Assembly (NCBI GenBank): GCA_028826165.1
Contig: JAPDFW010000078.1
Span: 186,001 to 250,000 of the forward strand
Source: Anaeramoeba ignava BMAN
Taxonomy: Eukaryota > Protista > Anaeramoebae
Length of the DNA stretch: 64,000 bases
Direction: 5' to 3'
A program made the position numbers and the translations under genes. Below the pieces are notes generated by a model. It saw only the letters and a program-made list of their open reading frames with translations, was not told the DNA's origin and ran no database searches. This document shows, piece after piece, positions 27,301 through 39,197 of this stretch. Each line of letters starts with the position of its first letter. The first letter of the stretch is position 1.

Positions 27301-29007
27301 TAAATTAAAAATTAAATTAAAAATTCAATTAAAAAATTAAATTAAAAATTCAATTAAAAATTCAATTAAAAATTCAATTAAAAATTCAATTAATTCAATT
27401 AAAAATTAATAACTCACCAAGTATCTATAAAAATGAAAATATCATCTGCTCCAATGGCAAGAATAATGTAAATAGCAAGAATATTCAAAGAAGAAAAAAA
27501 TTTGATGTTAAACACAACACCATAAAGAATAAGTGCACAAGGAAAAGAAAGCAAAATCTGGAGCATTCCAAAAGAAGCCAAGAAACCAGAACGAGTAGCG
27601 AACCACATATAGAAAAAAACAAAATAAACACTTCCAATAGAAAAATAAGAATCATGAGCAAGAAGCTTATTGAGCTCAGCCAAAATGGCGTAGTCACCAC
27701 CATAAACAACCTCGACATTCTTTTCATCAGCATAAGAATCAAGAACAGAAACAACATCATTGAGCCAAGTAGAGTAGTCATCATTCTGTGAGTCTCTATC
27801 AGAGAATTCATTTGTATAAGATTTAAGAGGAAGACCGAACTCGAAAAACGATCTCAAATACTGACCGGATTGGGTTGTGTTTGAGTAATCAGATCCATAA
27901 AGATAACTGGAGTTTAAATATTGCTCTTGAAGGCTATTTTTGACTTGATTAAAATCGGGATCTATCTCTGAGCCATAAGTATGAAGTGGCCAATCGCTGG
28001 GCTTCTCATTCGGCTCTGTAGTGCCAACTGTTAGAGCTGGAATAACGGAACTTGTGTTTGAACACTCTGTTCCGTTATTAACAAGAACGCAATAGTTGCT
28101 GTAATCCGAAACTTTGATTATTTTAGTCTCAATTTTCCGCATTTGGCCAAGTTGTGTTTCTCCAACTAGGTTCTTTGAGCTTGATGTGTCTTTGTAGATC
28201 ACTTGCAAAGAATAAGTGCTTAAACTTTGTTGTGGTACTGGATCGTTGTTCGAATCAAGTGCATCTTTCGCATTCGTAAATGCATAATATCTTTGTGTTC
28301 GTTCGTCTTTTATATCTCCTGAAATATCTCCTTCTAGTTTAAGATTTAGTGATGCGGCAAGATATGCAATGAAAAATATTGTGATAGTAAAGATCACAAT
28401 TGCCTTTTATATTAATAGAAAAATTAATAAAAAAATTAATAAGGAATTAAATAGAAAAATTATAAGGAAAATTAATAAGAAATTAAATAATAAATTAAAT
28501 AATAAATTATAAGGAATTAAAAAGGAAAATTATAAGGAAAATTAAATAGAAAAATTAATAAGGAATTATATAATAAATTAAATAGAAAAATTATAAGAAA
28601 TTAATAAGAAAAAATTTGATTAAAATTCTTTTTTTTCTTTTTTTTTTGATTTTTGATCAATAAAAAAAAATTAAATAGATGACGTTTCAATAATTTGTAA
28701 TTTTTTTTTTCTTCTTATTTCTTTATTTTTTTATTGATTATTATTGTTGATTATTATTAAAATTTATCTTAATTTTTTGGAATTAATTAATTTATATTTT
28801 GAAAATTTTGTTTATTTATTTTTGAGCAATTCAATTCTTATAAACAATTATTTCCTTTATTTTTTCTTATTTAAAATGATAAAAAAATTTTTTTTAAACA
28901 AAACAAAAACAAAAAAAAAAGGAAAATCAAACCATAATTGTTGGACATTTAACAAAGCAACCTGAACAACATGCATTACATCTATTTGTTTTAAATGTTT
29001 TGGACAT
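24369..29007 (-). CDS. Dispatched-like RND / sterol-sensing-domain transporter (exons 29007-28933, 28403-27418, 27200-27020, 26674-25231, 24815-24369)
   Basis: Two RND halves; IGADDIFIF (TM4) and GLAVDYVVHFAH (TM10); AMAITSATTAFAF; FGIF; WALGVIESI; FFIKFG; splice phases consistent. Confidence 0.88.
24816..27410. repeat. Intronic satellites of the Dispatched-like gene: 12-mer at 24816-25210, 9-mer AAATAATAT at 26677-27000, 11/12-mer at 27203-27410
   Basis: Direct reading. Confidence 0.9.
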
Positions 29008-29159
29008 TGGTTTTATTTTTTTTGTTTTGTGTTTGTTTGTTTTAAGATGAAAAAAAAAAATAAATGAAAAAAAGAAAAAGAATGAAAAAGCAAAAAAAAA
29101 AAAATGAAAAAAAAATGATCAATAAACAAAAAAAAATTTTTTTAATTTAAAAATAAATA

Positions 29160-30760
29160 AATTTATTTTTCTTTTCAATAATATTTCCTAAATAATTTCT
29201 AAATATTCTTTTCAATAACATTTTCTAAATATTTTCTAAATATTCTTTTCAATAACATTTTCTAAATATTTCCTAAATATTCTTTTAATTTTAATTTTAA
29301 TTTATTTGTTCCACTTTTTTTAATTTAAAAACAAAATAAATTTATATTATTCTTTCAATAATTTCTAAATATTCTTTTCAATAACATTTTCTAAATAATT
29401 TCTAAATATTCTTTTCAATAACATTTTCTAAATATTTTCTAAATATTCTTTTAATTTTAATTTTAATTTATTTGTTCCACTTTTTTTAATTTAAAAAACA
29501 AAATAAATTTATATTATTCTTTTCAATAACATTTTCTAAATAATTTCTAAATATTCTTTTCAATAACATTTTCTAAATAATTTCTAAATATTCTTTTAAT
29601 TTTAATTTAAATTTATTTGTTCCACTTTTTTTAATTTAAAAAATAAATAAATTTATTTTTCTTTTCAATAACATTTTCTAAATAATTTCTAAATATTCTT
29701 TTCAATAACATTTCCTAAATAATTTCTAAATATTCTTTTCAATAACATTTTCTAAATAATTTCTAAATATTCTTTTCAATTTAATTTTAATTTATTTGTT
29801 CCACTTTTTTTAATTTAAAAAATAAATAAATTTATTTTTTTCTTTTCAATAACATTTTCTAAATATTTTCTAAATATTCTTTTCAATAACATTTTCTAAA
29901 TAATTTCTAAATATTCTTTTCAATAACATTTTCTAAATATTTTCTAAATATTCTTTTAATTTTAATTTTAATTTATTTGTTCCACTTTTTTTAATTTAAA
30001 AACAAAATAAATTTATTTTTCTTTTCAATAACATTTTCTAAATAATTTCTAAATATTCTTTTAATTTTATTTTAAATTTATTTGTTCCACTTTTTTTAAT
30101 TTAAAAAACAAAATAAATTTATATTTCTTTTCAATAACATTTTCTAAATAATTTCTAAATATTCTTTTCAATAATATTTTCTAAATAATTTCTAAATATT
30201 CTTTTAATTTTAATTTTAATTTATTTGTTCCACTTTTTTTAATTTAAAAAACAAATAAATTTATTTTTCTTTTCAATAACATTTTCTAAATAATTTCCAA
30301 ATATTCTTTTCAATAACATTTCCTAAATAATTCCTAAATCTTCTTTTAATTTTAATTTAAATTTATTTGTTCCACTTTTTTTAATTTAAAAAATAAATAA
30401 ATTTATTTTTCTTTTCAATAACATTTTCTAAATATTTTCTAAATATTCTTTTAATTTTATTTTAAATTTATTTGTTCCACTTTTTTTAATTTAAAAAATA
30501 AATAAATTTATTTTTTTCTTTTCAATAACATTTTCTAAATAATTTCTAAATATTCTTTTCAATAACATTTTCTAAATAATTTCCAAATATTCTTTTCAAT
30601 AACATTTTCTAAATATTTTCTAAATATTCTTTTAATTTTAATTTAAATTTATTTGTTCCACTTTTTTTAATTTAAAAAATAAATTTATTTTATTCTTTTC
30701 AATAACATTTTCTAAATAATTCCTAAATATTCTTTTAATTTTATTTTCTAAATAATTTCC
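29160..30760. repeat. Higher-order intergenic tandem array: 10 cores ATTTATTTGTTCCACTTTTTTTAATTTAAAA separated by 1-3 copies of a ~38-bp subunit
   Basis: GTTCCAC at about 29308, 29474, 29619, 29798, 29979, 30084, 30227, 30369, 30474, 30655; subunit TTCTTTTCAATAACATTTTCTAAATAATTTCTAAATA. Confidence 0.95.
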
Positions 30761-31063
30761 AAATATTTTTTTAATCTTTTTCTAATTTTAATTTTAATCT
30801 TAATTAAAATTTAAATTTAAAAATTAGATTTGAATTTTATTTTAATTCTGTTCGGATTTCTTTTGTTTATTTCTTTTTAAAATAATGTAAATTTCAATTT
30901 GTTTTCTGTTTTTGTTTTTGTTCTCTTTTCTTAATCAAACCAAATTAAAAAATAGCGAAAAAGAAAGAAAAGAAAAGGAAAGAAAAAAAAAAAAAAAAAA
31001 AGTAAAATTAAAAAGTAAAAAGTAAAAAGTAAAAAGTAAAAAATTAAAGAGAAAAAAAGATTT

Positions 31064-34000
31064 TCAAAGATCTCTCTCAAAATTTTCACCATCATCAATC
31101 TCATCATCAGTTTCATAAAAATCAGTTGTTCTATCTTTTGCAACAACACCAAAAGAAGATCCACGAGGAACAGAGAAAGCAAAACCAGTGAATTTTTCTG
31201 GTTTTCCATCTACAATATAGTTAATAACTTTTTCAGCAAAAAGACTTTGAGTTTTTGTAGGTTTAGAAAGTTTAGTATCATCTTCAACATTGATATCTGA
31301 CAGCTCAATTTCATCTTTGATAGCCATAGTTGATTTAGTGGCAGTAGGTTTATACAGTTGCTGACCAAGCCTTTCACGTTCTTGGATAATATGCCAATCT
31401 TGCGGTCTGTAATTTCGAGAATAGTATTTGATAAAGAAATCCGGAAGCAAACAAAGAACAACAGTGAACAAAACCTGGAGCCAAACAACAGGAACCTTGA
31501 GCGTGTGGAAAACAACATAGTACATTGTGGGCGCTTTAAGAATCAGATTGTACACAATCGCAAACACAAACCAGACAATAATACTTCCCCAAATTGTCAC
31601 GTGATGCATCCAAGTCCAGAAAGTTGTTTCAATCGCAATCTTAAGATTGATGGCGATGATCAACGATGTGTAGATCCCAGTCGACATCCCCCATAATCCT
31701 GTTATTATTCCGTCGTCAGAAAGTGGTTCGTATCGCCACAGAAGGAAAGGAACAAAGAAAAGTACTGCTCCTTGATACACTCCCTGCAAAAGCCAAAGCC
31801 AGAATCTTGTGAACCCGAATAGAAACTCCCGATCCCCTCCTGAATACAACTGCGGATATGCTATTTCTGCGTCTTGTGATACGTCTTGATCAAAAACTGA
31901 GATGACTACAATTGGAAGTGACGAGAACACGACGTTGAATATTGAGATCAGCAATGAATCAAATAGTGTTTGTGCTGACCATGCTGCAAATATTGAGAAG
32001 TATACTTGCATGATACTAAATGCCATGTTCTTGTAAAAAGAGTAAACAATCAATTTTGTGATACGACGATAGGAATATCTTCCGTGAACAAGAATAAGTC
32101 TTTTTTTATTTTTTTTTTTGAATTATTTTTTTTTGTTTAAAAATTAGTAAAAAAAATTGGAATGATTGAAAATGAAAAAGGGGATCACAAACTTTTTTAA
32201 GAATCTAAACTGTGCAATTGCATAATCACTAGCGAGAACTGCTTGCATTCCTTCCTGTCCCGAAATACCTATTCCAACATGAGCGGCTTTTAAAAAAAAT
32301 AATTTAAAAAATAATATAAAATATAAATATAAAAATATAAATATAAAAATATAAATATAAATTTAAATAAATACATTGAATCATGCTAACATCATTAGCA
32401 CCATCTCCAATAGCAAGTGTAATCGCATTCACATTATCCCTAACAAGTTTGACAACAAGAGCCTTTTGCAATGGAGATACACGACAACAAATAACAGCTT
32501 TGCACATCTTTCCAAGTTGGAGAAGATCGAATTTGACAATTCCATCCAGAGCAAACTCCAAAGTTGCTCCATCTATGACAAGAGCGATATTATCATTATT
32601 CGAGTTAGAATGCTCTTTGATAGCTTTTTTCAAGGCTTCCTGTGTGGATTCTAAATTGGGAGCAGATATTGTGATAAGTGTCATTTCAGTGGTTAATAAT
32701 GAGCAAGCAAACCCGATATTGATGGCTGTTTCTTGTTTGTCTCCAGTAAGAACCCATATTTTGATTCCTGCTCTGGCAAGTAATTCTATTGCTTCAGGGA
32801 CTCCTTCTTGCAATTTATCCTCGATTGCTGATGCTCCAACAAGAAGCAAGTTCCTCTCAATTTCTTCTGCCGATTGCTCCAATTTTTCCTTTCTTTTTTC
32901 AATTGAAATATTTGCTTTATGGAATCCTTCGTTCCATTTTTCATACTCGTCTTGAGGAATAACTTTCATTGCAAAACACAATGTCCGCAATCCCTCGTTT
33001 GCGAACATCTCAAGATGCTTTGTGGTTTCGTCCAAATATTTTGATTCAGGTGCTAATCGCTGAGTAATCATATTGTCTGCTCCTTTTGTGTATAATTTAA
33101 TTGTTCCATCTGATGTTTTCACAATAACAGACATTCTTTTACGTCTTGAATTAAATTCAAGAACATTCAGAATTTCAAAAGTTTCATCTTTTCCTTCAAT
33201 TTCTACAGTAACAGTCGATGGTGTTCTTGACTGTATAAATATTTAAATTTAAATTTATTTTTGTATTTATATTTATTTTTGTAAATAATTAAATATCATT
33301 TCAAAAAAAATTAATTATTTTTTTTTATCACAAACATGAAATCTAAACCCAAGCAATTTTCCTGCTTCAACTAATGCTCCTTCGTCTATTAATTTAATCA
33401 GATAAAAATAAATATAAAAATAAAAATAAAAATAAATAAAGATAAAAATAAAAACAAACCTGGAGAAGATGCTTGATAAATAATTTCTCCTTCATTTTTT
33501 GGGTCTTTTTCTGGAATAACCGTATGACAAACAGAAAGCATTGTTAAAAATTCATGAATCATACCTGCAGTTTCATGTTTATTATGAAGATTATTTAATA
33601 AACTATCATCATCAAAAGCTGGATCCTAAAAAAATTTTCCATTAACAAGAAAAGAAAAGAAAAGAAAAGAAAAAAGCAAAAAAAATTTACATCTTTGTTT
33701 CTCGTAATTTCAAGTATTCTTCCTTCACGTTTTGCAGCTGCAACAGCAACTTCTGTAACACCATTACCATAACTTATACCTGATATTGTGCATTTCATAA
33801 ACTCCATCATATTGCAAGTTAAAGTACCTGTTTTATCACTAAATATATATTCGATCTATTTTGTTTTATTTTATTTTATTTTATTTTGTTTTATAAATGA
33901 AATTTAAATGAGTTTTTGGTCTTGATGATAAATTACAATCCCAAGTTCTTCAGATAAATTTGATGTTCTTGCTTTTGCTGGGGTATCTGTTTCGTCGTGA

Positions 34001-35608
34001 TACATATCGATGTCATGATTAATAAAAACAGTTTGAATAAGCTTAACCATTTCCATTGTGACATATAAAGATATTGGGATCATAACATTGCAAACAATAA
34101 TAAAAGAGAAAAATGCATAAACGCCAATAACTGCCGGTTTTAGATTGTCCTTATTAACACTATCACCCATATACCAAGCTGAATTTCCGTATTTATCTTG
34201 CCAACGCGAAGCGAAAACTGCTCCAATGATTCCAATAATGCCAAGAAATATAAAAATGGAGATCAATCTGCTATTTAACTGTTTCTCAACTGTACTTCTT
34301 TTTGAAGGGGGACGACTGCAAATAAATATTTATAAATATTTTTTTTTCATTTCTTGTTTTTGGATATTTTTTTTTCATTTAAAAAATTACGTTGAGTTTT
34401 TCATAATTTTTGAATCAAATCCTGTAAAAACAACAGTTCCAATAACCCATTTTGTATTTCTTAAAGCACAACCTCTAAGTAACATTTGCTGATTCGAAAG
34501 TGAGTGAGTTTCATCGTTATAATCCAAAGCTGCATCAAAATTATATAATCTATTATTTGGAAGTTCGGATTGAACTGTAGCATGAAAATTTGATAAAGCA
34601 GCTTCGTCTTGAGCAAGGAAACTTGTTACTTGGAGACCTTGTCTAATTTTAAGATTTGTTTCTCTAAAAACATCAAAAATCAAAAATCAAAATTTAAAAA
34701 AAATTCACAAAAAAAATCAAAAAAAAATCAAAAAAAAATGAAAGGTTAATCAATAAATAAATAATTAATTAATTAATTACCCATCCAAATTGCAAGTATC
34801 GATATAGCACATACTCATTGGTTCACTTGTAGAAAGTATAACTATATCAGCTGGAAAAAATTGTCCATTTTGAACTTTTATAATATCTCCAACTTGAATA
34901 TCTTTCCATTTAACATTTTTAAATGAACCATTTCGCAAACAAACTGCAACAGTATTGTTAATTTTCTTATCTGATTTACGTCTTTGTGCATCTTCATATG
35001 CTTCTCGAATTGCTGTGATAGTTAATACAAAAATTAATGGTAAAACTGAAACTGTTGGATTTAATGGTGAAAAAGGGAAATATTCAAGAATTATAACAAT
35101 TAAAAAATAAAAATTTGCTAATCTTCGAAACTATTTTAAATTTTATAAATGAATTTTAATTTTAATTTTAATTTTAATTTTAATTTTAATTTATAAATGA
35201 ATTTTAATTTATAAATGAATTTTTAAATGTAAAAACCTGTTCAAATAAATTTTTTGGAAGAAAAGTCAATAAATTATATCTTGTAGTTTTAATAGAATTT
35301 CCAATAAAAGGAAAGTCTTTATCACGCTCCTGATCTGTAATTTGAATTATTCTTGTAGGTGTAGATTCATCTGCCTAAAAAAAAAAAACAAAAAAAAAAG
35401 TCAAAATAATCAAAGAAACATTTCAAAAAAAAAGAAAAAGAAAAATGAAAAAGAAAGTGGTAAATTTCCAAATTTAAGTTCAGTTAAATTCATATTTAAA
35501 TGTTGTTTTATTATTGTGTTCGTGTTTATTTATTATTTATTTATTTTTTCTTATTTTTTCTTATTTCTATTCAAAAAAAAAATTTTTTTATTTATTGTGA
35601 TTTACCAT
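31064..35608 (-). CDS. P4-type ATPase phospholipid flippase, Drs2/ATP8A class, about 12 exons
   Basis: [86 protein letters not shown]-terminal GFAFS; first coding exon is ATG only (35608-35606). Confidence 0.96.
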
Positions 35609-35917
35609 TTTAATTTATTGAACAAAAAAAATAATAAAAATAATAATAAAAAAAAAAAGGAAAGGAAAAGAAAATAAGAAAATAAAAAAATGAAAAAAAA
35701 AAATAAAATTTGAAAAATTTTTTTGCATTTAAACAAAAAAAAATAATAAAACATCATTTTGACTAACTATCATTTAAAAAAAAAATTAATGAAACTTCAC
35801 AAAAAATTTTTTCTGAATTAGACTTATTAAAATTGTTTTCTTTTTTATTTTTTTTAAATCAAAAAAATTTGGAAAAAAAAAAATTAAAAAAAGAAAAATT
35901 AAAAAAAGAAAAATTTG

Positions 35918-37288
35918 TTATTTAACGAAAGAATCAAATTTTGAAATATTTTGAAGAACATTTGCTCGATTAGTTTCAACAATAACTCCATTTAATATCA
36001 TTTCATCTAAAATCATATAAGCTTTATCTAAGTTATACATGATATCCAATTCACACTAATAAATAAAAATTTAAATTTAAATTAAACAAGATCAAAAATG
36101 AAAATTTGATTGATTGATTTATTTACGACATTTTTGAAGTGTTTATCATAAGCTTCTACAAGACAATGAATTAATTCATAAATTCCCATTTCGTTTTCAT
36201 CATCATCAACTGCTGCAATAAAAAATAAACTTGCATATCTTCTATATATAATTTTTAATTCTCTAAACTCGAAAAAAGAGCACTAATAATAGAATAATAA
36301 TCAATGATTAATTTTGTATTTAGATTTGTATTTAGATTTGTATTTGTATTTATATTTAAATTATATTTTAATTTGAATTTATATTTGTATTTATATTTGT
36401 ATTTGTATTTAAAATTTGTATTTGAATTTATATTTATATTTATATTTATATTTATATTTTTATTTGTATTTGTATTTGTATTTAAATTTTTATTTATATT
36501 TATATTTATATTTATATTTATATTTTATATTTGTATTTGTATTTGTATTTGTATTTATATTTATATTTAAATTTATATTATATTTTTTATATTTATATTT
36601 ATATTTTTATTTTGTATTTATATTTATATTTATATTTATATTTATATTTATATTTAGTTTATATTTTATATTTAAATTTATATTTAAATTTATATTTATA
36701 TTTATATTTATATTTATATTTATATTTATATTTGTATTTGTATTTGCATTTGTATTTGTATTTATATTTATATTTATTTTATATTTGTATTTTATTTTGA
36801 ATTTATATTTATTTTTTATAATTATATTTATATTTATATTTATATTTATATTTGTATTTGTATTTGTATTTGTATTTGTATTTAAATTATTTGTATTTGT
36901 ATTTTTATATTTATATTTATTATATATTTATATTTATATTTTATTATATTTATTTTATATTTATATTTATATTTATTTGTATTTGTATTTGTATTTGTAT
37001 TTGTATTTGTATTTATATTTATATTTATATTTGTATTTGTAATTATATTTGAATTTATATTTGGATTTAAATTTGTAATTGTATTTGTATTTATATTTGT
37101 ATTTGTATTTGTATTTGTTTGAGAATTGTTTTGTCAAACAAAATTACATCAGTTTCTTTTCTTGCTAAACAACTTCGAGTTACTTCATTTTCAAGAGCAA
37201 TTCTATGTTCTTGTGAAAATTGTTCTGAATAATATTGAGCTAATCTTGTTTGTCCTAGTTTATTTACGATTAGAAAAAAAAGGATCAT
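35918..37288 (-). CDS. AP4S1: AP-4 adaptor complex sigma subunit, 3 exons
   Basis: [20 protein letters not shown]...[64 protein letters not shown]. Confidence 0.93.
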
Positions 37289-37329
37289 AACGAAAGAAAA
37301 AGAAAAAATGAAAAAATGAAAAAATGAAA

Positions 37330-39005
37330 TTTAAAAAATTAAAGTTTAAAAAATGGAATTATTTTTAAAAATATATTTTATAAACAAATTATAAATAAAT
37401 TATTATTTAAAATTAAATTAGAAATGAATATAAAAATGGAATAAATTATTAATTAAATTTTTAATTTAAATTTTAATTAGATTTAAAAATTTAAAAAATG
37501 GAATTATTTTAAAAATATATTTTATAAATAAATTATAAATTAATTATTATTTAAAATTAAATTGGAAATGAATATAAAAATGGAATAAATTATTAATTAA
37601 ATTATTAATTTTAATTTTAATTAGATTTAAAAATTTAAAAATGGAATTATTTTTAAAAATATATTTTATAAACAAATTATAAATAAATAATTATTTAAAA
37701 TTAAATTGAAATGAATATAAAAATTGAATAAATTATTAATTAAATTATTAATTTTAATTTTAATTAGATTTAAAAATTTAAAAATGGAACTATTTTTAAA
37801 TATATTTTATAAATAAATTATAAATAAATTATTATTTAAAATTAAATTGAAAATGAATATAAAAATGGAATAAATTATTAATTAAATTATTAATTTTAAT
37901 TTTAATTAGATTTAAAAATTTAAAAATGAAATTATTTTTAAAAAATATATTTTATAAATAAATTATAAATAAATTATTATTTAAAATTAAATTGAAAATG
38001 AATATAAAAATGGAATAAATTATTAATTAAATTTTTAATTTTAATTTTAATTAGATTTAAAAATTTAAAAATGGAACTATTTTTAAAATATATTTTATAA
38101 ATAAATTATAAATAAATTATTATTTAAAATTAAATTGAAAATGAATATAAAAATGGAATAAATTATTAATTAAATTTTTAATTTTAAATTTTAATTAGAT
38201 TTAAAAATTTAAAAATAAAATTATTTTTAAAATATATTTTATAAATAAATTATAAATAAATTATTATTTAAAATTAAATTGAAAATGAATATAAAAATGG
38301 AATAAATTATTAATTAAATTTTTAATTTTAATTTTAACTAGATTTAAAAATTTAAAAATGGAATTATTTTAAAATATATTTTATAAATAAATTATAAATA
38401 AATTATTATTTAAAATTAAATTGAAAATGAATATAAAAATGAAATAAATTATTAATTAAATTATTAATTTAAATTTTAATTAGATTTAAAAATTTAAAAA
38501 TGAAATGTTTTAAAAATATATTTTATAAATAAATTATAAATAAATTATTATTTAAAATTAAATTAGAAATGAATATAAAAATGGAATAAATTATTAATTA
38601 AATTATTAATTTTAAATTTTAATTAGATTTAAAAATTTAAAAAATAAAATTATTTTTAAAAATATATTTTATAAATAAATTATAAATAAATTATTATTTA
38701 AAATTAAATTGAAAATGAATATAAAAATGGAATAAATTATTAATTAAATTTTTAATTTAAATTTTAATTAGATTTAAAAATTTAAAAAATGGAACTATTT
38801 TAAAAATATATTTTATAAATAAATTATAAATAAATTATTATTCAAAATTAAATTAGAAAATGAATATAAAAATGAAGTAAATTATTAATTAAATTATTAA
38901 TTTAAATTTTAATTAGATTTAAAAATTTAAAAAATGAAATTATTTTAAAATATATTTTATAAACAAATTATAAATAAATTATTATTCAAAATTAAATTAG
39001 AAAAG
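37330..39005. repeat. Intergenic tandem satellite, ~143-145 bp unit, about 11.5 copies
   Basis: Marker TTAGATTTAAAAATTT recurs at about 37478, 37621, 37764, 37906, 38051, 38195, 38338, 38480, 38623, 38768, 38913. Confidence 0.95.
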
Positions 39006-39197
39006 CGAATAAAAATGAAGATTTGGAAAAAAAAAAGTTCTAATTAAAAAATTATATGATCAAGTTTTTTTTAAATTAGAAAAAAAAAGAAAAAGCAAAA
39101 AAAAAAAAAAGTAAAAAGTAAAAAGAAAAAAAAAATTAACCAAAAAAAACATTTTTCATTTTCTAATTAATAAGATTCTTAACAACAATCAACCAAA

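Noticed and set aside
29160-30760. CRISPR-like look: a conserved core recurring at intervals
   Set aside because: The intervening segments are copies of one 38-bp subunit rather than unique spacers; no cas genes; eukaryotic context
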